NCBI GenBank assembly: GCA_963921275.4
Contig: OZ001293.3
Coordinates: 2,144,001-2,208,000 of the forward strand
Origin: an uncultured Hormoscilla sp.
GTDB taxonomy: Bacteria > Cyanobacteriota > Cyanobacteriia > Cyanobacteriales > Desertifilaceae
Length of the DNA: 64,000 nt
Direction of reading: 5' to 3'
This document shows positions 11,384-23,662 of this stretch, piece after piece. A program made the position numbers and the translations under genes. How positions within the stretch are numbered: the first letter of the stretch is position 1; every line of letters begins with the position of its first letter. The notes below the pieces were generated by a model, which made no database searches, was not told the DNA's origin, and saw only the letters and a list, made by a program, of their open reading frames with translations.

Positions 11384-11839
11384 ATGTCCTCAGAAAAAGA
11401 GCGAGATCGGCTGCCATTTGAACCCACGAGTAAGCGCCAAAAAACTCGCCCAGCAGCAGGCCCAGCAGCAAGATCGACAGTAAAAAAGGAGCCGAAAAAA
11501 ACGCCGATATCTAAGGAAGACAGGGCCATCCCAGAAGCTGTCAGCAAGCGGATGGTGCGGCGGATGGCTCTATTGTGCGGCATACCGACCGCATTGGGCA
11601 TGTTGACTTTTGGAGTCAGTTATGGTATATATGTCTACACTGAGTTCAAGCTGCCCAATGTGGCGGTGCTTCTGACCAGTATAGGTTGTTTTGGGTTGGG
11701 CATCTTGGGATTGAGCTACGGCGTCCTCTCAGCCTCTTGGGAGGAAAAAGTCTCGGGAAGTCTGCTAGGTTGGGCAGAATTCACTACCAATTTCTCCCGC
11801 ATGACCGCTGCATGGCGGTCTGTCAAAGAAAAAGAATAA
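11384..11839 (+). CDS. PAM68-family photosystem II assembly protein
   Basis: RLPFEP, AIPEAVSKRMVRRM, LSYGVLSASWE; usual position after rpsO. Confidence 0.85.
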   Translation: MSSEKERDRLPFEPTSKRQKTRPAAGPAARSTVKKEPKKTPISKEDRAIPEAVSKRMVRRMALLCGIPTALGMLTFGVSYGIYVYTEFKLPNVAVLLTSIGCFGLGILGLSYGVLSASWEEKVSGSLLGWAEFTTNFSRMTAAWRSVKEKE

Positions 11840-11979
11840 TCCCACCAGTGGGGCGGTCTCTGGTGAAGGGTGTATCTCACTTTTGCTATGCGCTGCGCGC
11901 ACGCTGCGCGATGCGGGCATATTCACCGGTAACCCAGAAACCTGGTTTTTCCAAAAAACCAGGTTTCTTAATTCAAAAT

Positions 11980-12068
11980 AGAGACCACCTAAACTCTGGT
12001 GAAGGCCAAATGGGAAATCGGAAATAATGATTAAACCCATTGGCGCTTTTAGAGTTTAGGTGGTCTCT
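11980..12068. mobile_element. 89-bp MITE
   Basis: Perfect 18-bp TIR AGAGACCACCTAAACTCT / AGAGTTTAGGTGGTCTCT, just upstream of aroF. Confidence 0.65.
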
Positions 12069-12098
12069 TAGAACTAGAAACAACAGCAGGAACTGGAC

Positions 12099-13163
12099 AT
12101 GATTGTAGTAATGAAGAGCGGCACCCCAGATATGGAAATTGGCCGCGTGAGTGAAGAACTGAGTAGCTGGGGACTGTCTCCAGAGAAAATTGTCGGCAAG
12201 CATAAGGTGGTCATCGGTCTAGTTGGGGAGACAGCTCAGCTGAATATCGAGCAGATCCAAGAAATTAGCCCCTGGATCGAGTTAGTGTTACGGGTGGAGC
12301 AGCCCTTTAAGCGGGCGAGTCGGGAGTTTCGCCACGGCGATCCTTCTGAGGTTGTGGTGCAGACCCCTGATGGCCCAGTTACTTTTGGGGAAGAGCAGCC
12401 CGTGGTGGTGGTAGCAGGACCCTGTTCTGTGGAAAATGAGGAGATGATTATCGAGACGGCCCAGTGCGTCAAGGCTGCTGGTGCTAAGTTCCTGCGCGGC
12501 GGTGCCTACAAGCCTCGGACTTCGCCCTATTCTTTCCAAGGTCATGGGGAGAGTGCTTTGGGACTGCTAGCAAAGGCACGGGAAGCTAGCGGTCTGGGCA
12601 TAATCACAGAAGTGATGGATACCGCTGATATCCCTGTTGTGGGAGAAGTGGCAGACGTGCTGCAAGTGGGGGCGAGAAATATGCATAATTTCTCCCTGCT
12701 GAAGAAGGTGGGAGCCCAGGATAAGCCAGTGCTGCTGAAGCGGGGCATGTCTGCGACGATCGAGGAATGGTTGATGGCAGCTGAGTATATCTTGGCAGCT
12801 GGCAATCAGAATGTGATTCTCTGCGAGCGGGGAATTCGCACGTTCGATCGCCAGTATGCTCGGAATACCTTGGACCTGTCAGTGGTGCCAGTGCTGCGCG
12901 GACTCACCCACCTGCCGATCATGATCGACCCCAGTCACGGGACGGGTCGTTCTGAGTATGTACCGGCAATGACTAAGGCGGCGATCGCGGCTGGTACGGA
13001 CTCCCTGATGATTGAAGTCCACCCCAACCCAGCGAAAGCTTTGTCTGACGGACCCCAGTCTCTGACACCAGAAGGGTTCGATCGGCTGATGCAAGAATTG
13101 GCAGTGATTGGCAAAGCTGTAGAACGCTGGCCCGAACCCCAACCCGCTGCTGTGCTGGTTTAA
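12099..13163 (+). CDS. aroF: 3-deoxy-7-phosphoheptulonate (DAHP) synthase, type Ibeta
   Basis: AGPCSVE, RGGAYKPRTSPYSFQG, LCERGIRTF, DPSHGTG. Confidence 0.95.
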   Translation: MIVVMKSGTPDMEIGRVSEELSSWGLSPEKIVGKHKVVIGLVGETAQLNIEQIQEISPWIELVLRVEQPFKRASREFRHGDPSEVVVQTPDGPVTFGEEQPVVVVAGPCSVENEEMIIETAQCVKAAGAKFLRGGAYKPRTSPYSFQGHGESALGLLAKAREASGLGIITEVMDTADIPVVGEVADVLQVGARNMHNFSLLKKVGAQDKPVLLKRGMSATIEEWLMAAEYILAAGNQNVILCERGIRTFDRQYARNTLDLSVVPVLRGLTHLPIMIDPSHGTGRSEYVPAMTKAAIAAGTDSLMIEVHPNPAKALSDGPQSLTPEGFDRLMQELAVIGKAVERWPEPQPAAVLV

Positions 13164-13357
13164 CTCGCCGTTCGCAATAAACCGTTCGTAGTCAGCACTT
13201 TAGTGCTTCCCGGCCGCGCAGGGTAAGGACTTTAGTCCTTACTACGAACCTGAAAATATTTTCAAGTTGTAGGGTGGGTGTTCCCCACCCTACAGTTTTT
13301 GATGAAATCTACTATTATTAATTAATATTCCTTTACATTCGGTGGTAACTGCTAACT

Positions 13358-14332
13358 GTGTTTACAACGGCACTCGTTCAACCAGATGCTATTCAGACAC
13401 CAGCAATTCCTTACGACCTGTTTGAGGCGATCGCCGCCCTGAAACAGGAGTTAAACGCCGTGATTCTGGCCCACTACTACCAAGAACCGGACATTCAGGA
13501 CATTGCTGACTACATCGGAGACTCCCTGGGACTGTCGCGGCAAGCTGCCAGCACCGACGCCGATGCGATCGTGTTTGCGGGGGTCCATTTTATGGCAGAA
13601 ACGGCAAAAATCCTCAACCCAGACAAGCTGGTGCTATTGCCAGACTTAAACGCGGGTTGTTCTCTGGCGGATAGTTGTCCGCCAGACGCCTTTGCTGCTT
13701 TCAAAGCTGCTCATCCCCAGCATGTTGTGGTTTCTTACATCAACTGCTCTGCGGCAATTAAGGCGATGAGCGACATTGTCTGCACCAGTTCCAACGCTGT
13801 GAAGATAGTCAGTCAAATTCGGGAAGATAGACCGATAATTTTTGCGCCCGATCGCAACTTGGGGCGATATGTGATGGAGCAAACGGGACGAGAGATGGTA
13901 TTGTGGGAAGGAAGCTGTATGGTGCATGAAACCTTCTCGGAAAAGAAGATAGTTCAGCTAAAAGTTGAACATCCAGAAGCGGAGATCATTGCTCATCCAG
14001 AGTGCGAACCCCCAGTCCTGCGCCACGCTAGCTATGTCGGCTCGACAACGGCCCTGTTGAAGTACGCTCAAAGGAGTGCTAGCGAAGCATTTATTGTGGC
14101 AACGGAGCCAGGAATCATTCACCAGATGGAAAAACAGACCCCTGGTAAGCAGTTTATTCCCGCACCGCCAACGAACAACTGTGCTTGTAACGAATGTCCT
14201 CACATGCGGTTGAATACTTTGGAGAAGTTGTATTTGGCGATCAAGCATCGCACTCCAGAGATTACCATGGCAGAGGACATTCGGGTAGCCGCTTTGCGAC
14301 CGATTCAGCGGATGTTAGAGATGAGCGCTTAG
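13358..14332 (+). CDS. nadA: Quinolinate synthase
   Basis: [33 protein letters not shown]. Confidence 0.95.
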   Translation: MFTTALVQPDAIQTPAIPYDLFEAIAALKQELNAVILAHYYQEPDIQDIADYIGDSLGLSRQAASTDADAIVFAGVHFMAETAKILNPDKLVLLPDLNAGCSLADSCPPDAFAAFKAAHPQHVVVSYINCSAAIKAMSDIVCTSSNAVKIVSQIREDRPIIFAPDRNLGRYVMEQTGREMVLWEGSCMVHETFSEKKIVQLKVEHPEAEIIAHPECEPPVLRHASYVGSTTALLKYAQRSASEAFIVATEPGIIHQMEKQTPGKQFIPAPPTNNCACNECPHMRLNTLEKLYLAIKHRTPEITMAEDIRVAALRPIQRMLEMSA

Positions 14333-14457
14333 AATTATTCTGGAGACGATCTAGCGGATGAACGGAAAACTATAAACTCATCGTTCATCCTTCATCATTA
14401 ATCTCGATGTTAAGTTTCCCAAAAATAATTATCCGATGGCGCTGCACGCGCTACGCG

Positions 14458-14481
14458 AATGCGCTGCGCGCACGCTACGCG
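14458..14481. repeat. 24-nt short dispersed repeat CGCGTAGCGTGCGCGCAGCGCATT (with a degenerate tandem copy at 14436-14457)
   Basis: Other copies at 11888, 15457, 15632, 28119, 29105, 48425 and 57421. Confidence 0.85.
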
Positions 14482-14528
14482 AATGCAATTTGAGGTAAAC
14501 TCTAGTAAATCCGCGTCCAGTAGCTACT

Positions 14529-15454
14529 ATGGAACCAGAAACAATCAAACACGATCGCCTCTTCAAAGAACTCATCAAAGCATTTTTCGTGGAGTTTTTG
14601 AAGTTATTCTTTCCCTCACTCCTCGCGGAAATAGATACAAGATTACTGGAGTTCTTAGACAAAGAAATATTCACGGAACTGACATCAGGAGATGAATATA
14701 GGGCGGATATCGTGGCCAAAACCAGATTTAAGAATGGTCAGGAAACCTTCTTGCTCATTCATGTGGAAAACCAGGCACAGTATGAAACTTTATTTGAAAA
14801 GCGGATGTTTCGGTACTTTGCCTTAAGTTCACACAATCATGGTTTGCCAGTGTATCCCATAGCACTGCTGTCCTTTGACTCTCCGCGCACTGAACAACCA
14901 CACCGTTATGAAGTCGTTATTGCCAACAAAGTCATCTTGCAGTTCGAGTATGAGGTAATCCAGCTAAATCGGCTGAATTGGCGAGATTTTCTGCGTCATG
15001 AAAATCCAGTGGCCACGGCATCCATGCCTGCCCCAAAATTAGGATCGACAAAAAGGATCGCCCGCGAGTAAAATTAGAATGTCTGCGCTTGCTGACAACA
15101 TTGAAGTTAGATCCAGCGAGGACCAGACTGATTTCGGGCTTTATTGACACCTATCTGAGGTTGAGTACCGAGGAGGAAACCCAGTTCAAATCAGAGATTG
15201 CTATACTGACATCAGAACAGGAACAGGAGGAAATCATGGAAATAGTCACCAGTTGGATGCTCGAAGGAAAAGAACAAGAAGGATTGAAGATTATTCTGCG
15301 CCAACTCACCCGGCGTATTGGTGAAATTGCGGCTGAGTTACAGGACCAGATTCGCCAGTTGTCACTCATCCAGTTAGAAGATTTGGCAAATGCGCTGCTG
15401 GATTTTGAGGCCCAGACAGATTTAGTGACTTGGTTGCAGCGCAGCGTGTGTTGA
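14529..15454 (+). pseudogene. Rpn/DUF4351-family putative nuclease, frameshifted
   Basis: HDRLFKELI, HVENQ, FEKRMFRYF, C-terminal LEDLANALLDF..DLVTWL; frame break near 15030. Confidence 0.8.
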
Positions 15455-15524
15455 AGAATGCGCTGCGCGCACGCTACGCGATCGAGAATAATTGAATTTT
15501 AAATTCCTTAACCGGTTCGGTCAT

Positions 15525-16213
<689 letters not shown>

Positions 16214-16332
16214 ATCACTCCCATGACTTGGTTATGGTATTTGATTTATCCTATCATTCAATCAGCCTCATGTCAAGCCTCTGGGATCTAATCACTTCAG
16301 GCAGCAGAAATGGCGATCGCCCAAGCATGGCT

Positions 16333-18723
16333 CTATACTTTAGATAGAACAACTGCCGCCTGGGGAAACTTTTGCTTCAAAGCTGGCCAAACAGGACAAG
16401 GTATTTTATCCTCCAGGTTACCCGAGCGCAATGAATTAAAATTATTCCAGCTAAATGGCGCTTTCCCACAACTGGACATCCATAGCAGGCGCTTCGCCCT
16501 GGTCATGGCCACGTACAGCAAACGAAATTCTTCTGCGATCTTCAAATATTCCGCCTGTTCCCATGCTTCTCCAATCAAGGGTAGCGGTTGTTGATGCAGG
16601 TAGGCGCGAATTTGGGCCCTGGCCACTTCCGATAAGGTAAAGTCTCCCAAAAACTGCCCTTGCGGTAGCACCCACAAACTCCCGGGAATGGTACTGTCGT
16701 GCAAAAAGGGCAGGAACACATAATCCCAATCTAATCCTTTGGCTTTGTGCATGGTAATGATGGTCAACTGATTTGGCCTGCTGTAGGGAGAATCATCTTC
16801 GGACACTTCCACTGGTTCAAAGCTTTCGGAATTGACTATTTCATTCAGGACGTTTAGCATCCCTGACATCACAGATATGGCACTATTCCCCATTGTCTGC
16901 TGGGCGACTCGTTCTGCTAATTTGTCAGCGGTGGCCAGTTCGCTTTGGTTATAATTTAAGGTCAAGGCGAGGAAAGAAATTAGCTGATAGGGCGGCAGTT
17001 CCAGTCGCGCCCGCAGTAAACTCCGACAGTAGCGGCGAATCTGTTTTACGGGTTCTTTGGGTAGCGGATCCAGGGGACCGGGGTAGAGAAATTCCTCTGG
17101 CAAACTGGCCAGGGCGTTAAAGTCTTGGGAGGTAATCAGTTGTCGTTTGAGTAGCACTTGTAGCGCTGCTTTTAAGGAGTCGGGGGAATGGGGACGCTGC
17201 ATGAATTGTAGCAGGTAAAGCATTTCTCTGGGAACCTGTGATTGCCGATCCTGTTCTGCTACTTCATCTATATTTATCTCTTTGCCATACAAATTTTTCA
17301 GTTCGCTGGCCACAAATCTTCCTTGGTCATTTGTCCGCACTAAGACTGCTGCATTCCGTTCCGGGTGACTGGCGAATAAATCCTTTATCCGCTGACCGAT
17401 CGCTGCGACTGTCTGGTAAATATCCTTGGGCGTCTGTAACTCTAATCCTTCTCCTTCTGGCGGCGGATTGGCATCTGGTTGGGGGTCTCCTGGTGCAACT
17501 AAACGAATCTCTTGTTCGCTAAAGGGCAATTCTGATTCTGGTTTATGGGGATAGTTCTTACTGAGGTATTTATTTACCCATTTGAGCATGTAGTTAGCCG
17601 CATCAATGATGATTTTGGCACTGCGACCTGCTCGATTCATTGTTGCTAGTTGGCCCTGCTGTTGGCAAGCTTCGCAAAATTCCCGAAAATAAATGGGGTC
17701 GGCGGGTGTAAAGGTAGAATTAATTGCTTGATTGGGGTCCCCTACCCGGATCAAATTCAGGGGTTTTTCTTCGTTAGCGTCGGCGGCGAGGATCTCCAAT
17801 AATCTCGTCTGCAAGGGGGTGGAATCTTGTGCTTCGTCTTCAAAGACGGCAAAGACTTGCTTTTGCCAGAGACGCCGCGCCCCGATGTCTTTTAATACTC
17901 TGATTGCTCCCAAGATCATGTCATCGTAGTCGATCAGAAAACGCGATCGTAACAGAGTTTGATAGTTCTTGTACAACCCTGCTGCTACTGCTAATATCTG
18001 ATATTCATCGGGTATATTTTGAGTGGCGACAATTTCTGCTAAATCCTGAGGCAAAAGTCCGGAACTTTTCGCTTCGTGAACTACTGTATAGGCTAAAGCT
18101 GGCAAGACTTCCGTGCGTAAAACTGACTGGCGGCGCAGGCGTTCTGTTTCTTCCCCATCAAATTGATTTCCCTCTAGTAATCGCTGATAATGGAGGGGAT
18201 GGGCTGCTATCCATTGTTCTACACTAGTACGCAGTAATTGGTGCGATCGGTTAGGAGATATGATTGTCGATGTTTCCAGACTTAAAGTGGAAAGTTCCGG
18301 ATGGCGCATGGCTATATTCAGGGCTAAACCATGCAGGGTATAAACGACAACTCCATTTTGTGGTCTGGATAATGCCTTGAGATGTTCGCGAATTTTCGCT
18401 TTGATACTAGCAGCGGCGGAACGGGTAAAGGTAACTACAACCAGTTGGTGGCGGGAGTGCAATTGGTGCCGGGCAACGGCGATCGCGGCGGCCCCGGCCA
18501 TCCCGGTAGATTTTCCCGATCCGGGAACCGCTGAAATTGCTAGCGGTCCTCCTTGCCATAACGCCATGCTTCGCTGTCCCGATCGCAGGCCCTTCGCGAT
18601 CGCTTCTATTGCCCGATCCTGAAGGGACTGCGCAGCAGTATCGCGCAAAGTTGCCGCCAGGGAAGGGTCTGGCGCCGACTGGGAAGTTGTCGGGGTAAGG
18701 TGTGAATCAAAATCGTCTGGCAT
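16333..18723 (-). CDS. UvrD/Rep-family ATP-dependent helicase
   Basis: AVPGSGKS, EDEAQD, VGDPNQAI, TMHKAKGLDW, LLYVAMTRAK. Confidence 0.9.
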   Translation of the reverse strand: MPDDFDSHLTPTTSQSAPDPSLAATLRDTAAQSLQDRAIEAIAKGLRSGQRSMALWQGGPLAISAVPGSGKSTGMAGAAAIAVARHQLHSRHQLVVVTFTRSAAASIKAKIREHLKALSRPQNGVVVYTLHGLALNIAMRHPELSTLSLETSTIISPNRSHQLLRTSVEQWIAAHPLHYQRLLEGNQFDGEETERLRRQSVLRTEVLPALAYTVVHEAKSSGLLPQDLAEIVATQNIPDEYQILAVAAGLYKNYQTLLRSRFLIDYDDMILGAIRVLKDIGARRLWQKQVFAVFEDEAQDSTPLQTRLLEILAADANEEKPLNLIRVGDPNQAINSTFTPADPIYFREFCEACQQQGQLATMNRAGRSAKIIIDAANYMLKWVNKYLSKNYPHKPESELPFSEQEIRLVAPGDPQPDANPPPEGEGLELQTPKDIYQTVAAIGQRIKDLFASHPERNAAVLVRTNDQGRFVASELKNLYGKEINIDEVAEQDRQSQVPREMLYLLQFMQRPHSPDSLKAALQVLLKRQLITSQDFNALASLPEEFLYPGPLDPLPKEPVKQIRRYCRSLLRARLELPPYQLISFLALTLNYNQSELATADKLAERVAQQTMGNSAISVMSGMLNVLNEIVNSESFEPVEVSEDDSPYSRPNQLTIITMHKAKGLDWDYVFLPFLHDSTIPGSLWVLPQGQFLGDFTLSEVARAQIRAYLHQQPLPLIGEAWEQAEYLKIAEEFRLLYVAMTRAKRLLWMSSCGKAPFSWNNFNSLRSGNLEDKIPCPVWPALKQKFPQAAVVLSKV

Positions 18724-18840
18724 GATTAATATTTTACCCGGTGACCCCGGGCAAATGTAAAAATTTTCTTAAGGATTTTTCTAATTATACCAAGCTCGGT
18801 CAAGATTAGTAAGGAATAATTAGCAATTACTAAGAAAGCA

Positions 18841-20010
18841 ATGCTGAAAAAAAGTCTAATCTGGCTCAGCATGATGTTGAGCGTTACCATGGCCTTGTTA
18901 CTGGTAGTCCCGGCGCGGACGCAAAATCCGCCGCAAGTGCGCGAATACTGGATCGCCGCAGAGGAAATTCTCTGGGATTACGCGCCGTCATTTCCGATCG
19001 ATCGGATGACAGGGAAACCCTTTAATGAAGACCAACTGGTGTTCGTAGGGGATGGGCCCGACCGGATCGGACGGATTTACAGAAAAGCCGTTTTTAGATC
19101 TTACACGCCTAATTTTGGCCAAGTGATTGACGGACCGAATGAGGTGCTCGATCCTCGGACAGGAAAAATGAGAATAATTCGCAAGCCTGGGACGAAACAT
19201 CTGGGCATACTCGGTCCGATTATTCGCGCTGAAGTCGGGGATACGGTCTTAATCCATTTTCGGAATCAGACGCGGTTTAACCTCAGCCTGCACCCCCACG
19301 GGTTTTTCTACAGTAAGGATAACGAAGGGACGCCCTATGAGGACGGAACTACCCTGAAGGATAAGAGGGATGACGCCGTGCCTCCAGGCGAGAGCTATAC
19401 TTATACCTGGCTAGTGCCCGATCGGGCAGGTCCGGGTCCTGAAGATCCCAATTCGATCGTCTGGCCCTACCACTCCCATGTTAACGAGGTTGCAGACACG
19501 AATGCAGGTTTGGTGGGGGCGATCGTGGTTCACAAGCGGGGAACACTCGAAAGGAATTCAGGTTTGCCCCTCGGGATTGACCGGGAATTTGTCAATCTGT
19601 TCACGGTATTTGACGAAAATAGCAGTCTATATATCGATGAAAATATCCAGGAGTTTGTCGAGGAGTCGGTAGACCCCTCGGACGAAGATTTCGTCGAGAG
19701 TAATCTGATGCATGGGATCAATGGTTTACTCTATGCTAACTTAAAGGGAATGACGATCGCAGAAGGCGAGCAAGTACGCTGGTATCTGCTGGCGATGGGA
19801 ACTGAGGTAGATATCCACACTCCTCATTGGCACGGCGAGACTCTCTTGTACGCAGGACACCGGACGGACATTACAGAGATATTTCCAGCGAGTGCTAAAA
19901 CACTGGACATGATAGCAGACGATCCGGGGACTTGGATGTACCACTGTCACGTCAACGATCACCTGAATGCCGGGATGATGACGCTGTTCACAGTTGAACC
20001 TATTTACTAG
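18841..20010 (+). CDS. Secreted two-domain multicopper oxidase
   Basis: Signal peptide; HPHG, YHSH, HTPHWHG, YHCHVNDHLNAGM Cu motifs. Confidence 0.9.
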   Translation: MLKKSLIWLSMMLSVTMALLLVVPARTQNPPQVREYWIAAEEILWDYAPSFPIDRMTGKPFNEDQLVFVGDGPDRIGRIYRKAVFRSYTPNFGQVIDGPNEVLDPRTGKMRIIRKPGTKHLGILGPIIRAEVGDTVLIHFRNQTRFNLSLHPHGFFYSKDNEGTPYEDGTTLKDKRDDAVPPGESYTYTWLVPDRAGPGPEDPNSIVWPYHSHVNEVADTNAGLVGAIVVHKRGTLERNSGLPLGIDREFVNLFTVFDENSSLYIDENIQEFVEESVDPSDEDFVESNLMHGINGLLYANLKGMTIAEGEQVRWYLLAMGTEVDIHTPHWHGETLLYAGHRTDITEIFPASAKTLDMIADDPGTWMYHCHVNDHLNAGMMTLFTVEPIY

Positions 20011-20110
20011 TCGGAAGTTTTCAGAAGTTTTCCCTTGTCGGGGAACTTCTTCAGGCTAAACTTGAACTTATAATAGGAAAAAATGTGGTCAACTACTCTC
20101 TGGAGAACCG

Positions 20111-21088
20111 ATGCAAGATAACTTCTCTGAATTACCATACCGTTTTCAACTAACCGATCGCCAAAAAAATGGCTCTGTTAAAGGCTTTGTCCTGCCTGGC
20201 TTCTGGGCCCTGTTAGGGGCGATCGCCTTAACCAGTTGCAGTGCTGCTTATAAATCAGATGTGAGTAGCAGCGCACCAGAGGTAGCAAGAAAGCTTGAGA
20301 GTATGCCAGCACCAGCAGCCCCATATCCAGCCGATCGAGCTGTTGTCGCTGCGGAAGTGCCCAAGGCCGCCCCTCAACTGATAAAAAGGGCCGAACTCAA
20401 CCTGGTAGTCCTATCCATTGAGGAAACTATTGAAACAGTTTCTGGTTTAATTCAACAACAGCAAGGGGATGTATTGGGACTGCAAGAATATCAACCTGCT
20501 AACAAAAATGTCCGTCACCGCGCCTCTATGCAGTTGCGCGTTCCCCAAGCACGACTAGAAACTACTCTAGATGCCCTGACTGAGTTGGGTACGATGCAAA
20601 ATAGAACGATAACTGCTGAGGATGTTTCTAATCAATTGGTGGATTTATCGGCCCGGTTGCGAAATCTGCGCAAGTCTGAAGAAATGGTCTTGAAAATTAT
20701 GGACCGATCGGGTACTGTGGGAGAGGTGCTGAATGCGGCGCGAGAACTGAGCAACATTCGGGAATCAATTGAGCGCCTTGACGCCCAGTTCAAAAATTTG
20801 CGGGATCGAGTAGCTTATTCTACCATCGATCTAAATTTAGAAGCAGCAGTTTCTTCGGAAGCAACGCCCCAGTTGTCTTTAGGTTTGCGGGTACGAGAAA
20901 CCTGGGGACAGGCAACTCAAGCGGTGAATCAATTTACCTTTGGTTTAATTCAACTGGGTTTGTGGTTGCTAGCATTCAGTCCTTATTTGTTGCTCATCTT
21001 TGCTGGTGGGGCCTTGGGCTATATGCGCTTGCAGAAACAAAAATCCCTGCCGCCACAGCAACCGCCACATCCACCTGTATCTAATTAG
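20111..21088 (+). CDS. DUF4349-domain lipoprotein
   Basis: Lipobox LTSC, LRVP, AEDVS..LVDL.ARL, RVAYSTI, C-terminal TM. Confidence 0.85.
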   Translation: MQDNFSELPYRFQLTDRQKNGSVKGFVLPGFWALLGAIALTSCSAAYKSDVSSSAPEVARKLESMPAPAAPYPADRAVVAAEVPKAAPQLIKRAELNLVVLSIEETIETVSGLIQQQQGDVLGLQEYQPANKNVRHRASMQLRVPQARLETTLDALTELGTMQNRTITAEDVSNQLVDLSARLRNLRKSEEMVLKIMDRSGTVGEVLNAARELSNIRESIERLDAQFKNLRDRVAYSTIDLNLEAAVSSEATPQLSLGLRVRETWGQATQAVNQFTFGLIQLGLWLLAFSPYLLLIFAGGALGYMRLQKQKSLPPQQPPHPPVSN

Positions 21089-21483
21089 AAATCGTGTCCG
21101 ACGGGCATCCCGCCTATCGGGAGGTTTTATTTACCAACCTGCCGTTGCTCGATTAACCATTGCTCAATTTTCTATAAGCTGTCTAGTCCCCGTCCCACAA
21201 GTAGGGACCGCATTTTCCCGTTTGGGTTCAGAGGGTAAGACTTGGCCAGGACTATCTGTTTCACACAATTTTATATTATTTTTAACCCTCGGCGGGATGA
21301 CTTAAGCATGATGATGACCCGAACCAAATCAATGTACCTGAATTGCCTCGGCATCACCCTGCATTGCTTCTTTTAAAACGAGTTCTGAGATGTAAAGCCT
21401 GAAAGAGCTGCATCGAAGGGGGGTAGCTGGGAGATATCAGAAAAAGACCTTTTATTTACCAACGGGTTTTGACTACACCCAAA

Positions 21484-21636
21484 CCTGGCCATATCTAGCC
21501 AAATACTTGACCATGTCTAGCCAAATACTCGACATATATGGCAATTCTCGACAATATATGGCAATCCTCGACCATGTCTAGCCAATCCTCGACCATGTCT
21601 AGCCAATCCTGGGCCATGTCTAGCCAATCCTGGGCC
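21484..21636. repeat. Imperfect ~21-bp tandem repeat (~7 units, CCATGTCTAGCCAATCCTCGA)
   Basis: Directly visible periodicity with no unique spacers. Confidence 0.8.
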
Positions 21637-22740
21637 CGGTATTGCCGATCCTGACTCGCGTCAGTTCTACAAGCCAAAAGGTCTGATAGCCTTGCCAGCA
21701 TTGGTTTATAGCATCCGGCGAGCTTCCAGATTTTCTTAATAAGCAATTGTAGTTGATAATCACCATCGATTTTCTCAATTAGAGGTGAATGAGCGCTAAA
21801 ATCAAGAAGAACTCGCGTTGAATCGGGTGCAGAAGCTAGAAATCGGGAATAAGAGCGCAGCTATACTTGGAAAGGGAACGGCTGTGCTCCCGCAAGGGAT
21901 ACGACTTGCGCCCAAATGTTGCTGTTGGTGTCATGGCGAGGGGGGGCTCCCAAAGCAGTAACTGTGGTATGCTTCAACTTATGACCGCCCTAGGAAGAGT
22001 ATCTTTGCGTGCAAGAAACTCTCTATTGGCCCCCTCCACACCCGACTGGCCATCTAGAAACCGGTATGCTTATCTATCTCTTGTGGGGTGCTGTCAGTAT
22101 CGAACTTAGCCAGATCGAGAATCCAGATATCAGCAGGTTAGACGCGCTTTGACGAAATTCGTTCTCCCCGCCGCCTTGCATTCGTAGGTGCAATTCCCAG
22201 AATTTGTGTTAACTTCTCTTGGGGAGGAATTCTTCCTCTCAGTCGTAAAGACATTTGAATAGTACTCACCTATCAGCCTCTGTAACTTCTGTTACAACTA
22301 ATTAATTAAATCCATTATAAACTGAGGAACTCATCAGCTAAATCAAGCAGTTCGCTGTAGGTAAAGTTAACGTCACCACCTCGGTTCTCACTGCGCTTGA
22401 TTTGATCGACCATTTTCCGGTCTCTCCTATTTGCGCCCCTGCCTTGTCACCCTCTTCTGGTGTCGTTCTCGTCGTCTTTCTTCTAGTTGTTCGGACCACT
22501 CTGCTAATTCGTCTTCATCGATCGGTTCAGAATGAAAAACCACCTGAACGAGTGCTTTGATCTTTCTCTGACACCACTTAAGTAAATTTCTGCTGATTTT
22601 ATAGAAAATTTCCTGACTGTAGATAACTACACCTCCTCAAGATGATTATGGTATATTATAGCTAAATTTACCATAGGTGGCAAGAATGATAAATTTCGAT
22701 TATCATTAGATAATAAGCTAAAATCATATTAGCCAACGGA

Positions 22741-22964
22741 CAATACTTCTCGGTTAACAACCTGTCATTAGGAGGGGGGCAACACAAACCAACATTTTAG
22801 GGAGCACCAAGCACCACCAGGATCCCCCCCGAAGCAATCTCATACGACGCGGGGATTGCTTCGGGGGGGGTTAACTCAAGTTCCCATAAGTTAATCGCTA
22901 CGTACTGTGTTCCCCCTCGCAATGACATCCTAATCCTTACTATATCCTTAACCGAGAAGTATTG
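22741..22964. mobile_element. 224-bp MITE (IS4-like ends) carrying a GTCATT...GAAGCAATC palindromic repeat
   Basis: Perfect 17-bp TIR CAATACTTCTCGGTTAA; 10-bp TSD AGCCAACGGA at 22731-40 and 22965-74. Confidence 0.85.
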
Positions 22965-23159
22965 AGCCAACGGATTAATTGGGATTAATCATCTTAAATA
23001 GCGCAGATATGCCACCAACTCTTGCGGTGGGTGCCGCGAAATGGAGGAGATCGACCTGTCTGTTGCGCTTTGGTGGGCGGTGCCCACCCTTGTTCGCCTT
23101 CCTTAATTGCTTTAGTTGAGGTACGATCGTTTTAACCCAACTTTTTTTCTAAGCGATCG

Positions 23160-23609
23160 TTATAGAGATTCAAGAAACGATCTCTCAGGGTGGTATCGAT
23201 CGAATCTGTATGATTTAATTTTATCGGATAGCAAGGGAAACACTGTCCAACCCAGGCCAGACTGAAAATCAGATTTATTTTCGATCGCCAGCTCCACGAT
23301 CGTAGTTAAAATGTAGCGATCGCCTTCTCCTGTTACTGCTTGCTTTATATAGTTAAGCCCCCGCATTTTATCAATTCCAAACAGAGTCTCGATCGCCGCC
23401 GCTTGGAGATAGCGATCGCCCCTTAAGAGGGACAAAATATCCGCCGCCACAGCAGCTGCCAGAGAGCTATTTATAGTTGCCAATTGGGCCAAAGCCGAAG
23501 TGGCGATAAATAACTCTTCTCCCAATGCTAATTACTTGAGAGTATCTTCCGATAAACTGCTATAATCTATCAGATCGTCTGTGAGAATAGAGAATTCATC
23601 AATTTCCAT
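23160..23609 (-). pseudogene. Hypothetical protein with internal stop
   Basis: RBS GGAGG and ATG at ~23609, in-frame TAA before the 121-aa ORF. Confidence 0.45.
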
Positions 23610-23662
23610 TGCTTACCCTCCTACGTTCCCTGAAAACCAGTTGACTGATTAATCAATACCAG

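Noticed and set aside
21484..21636. Possible CRISPR array
   Set aside because: Contiguous tandem units without unique spacers
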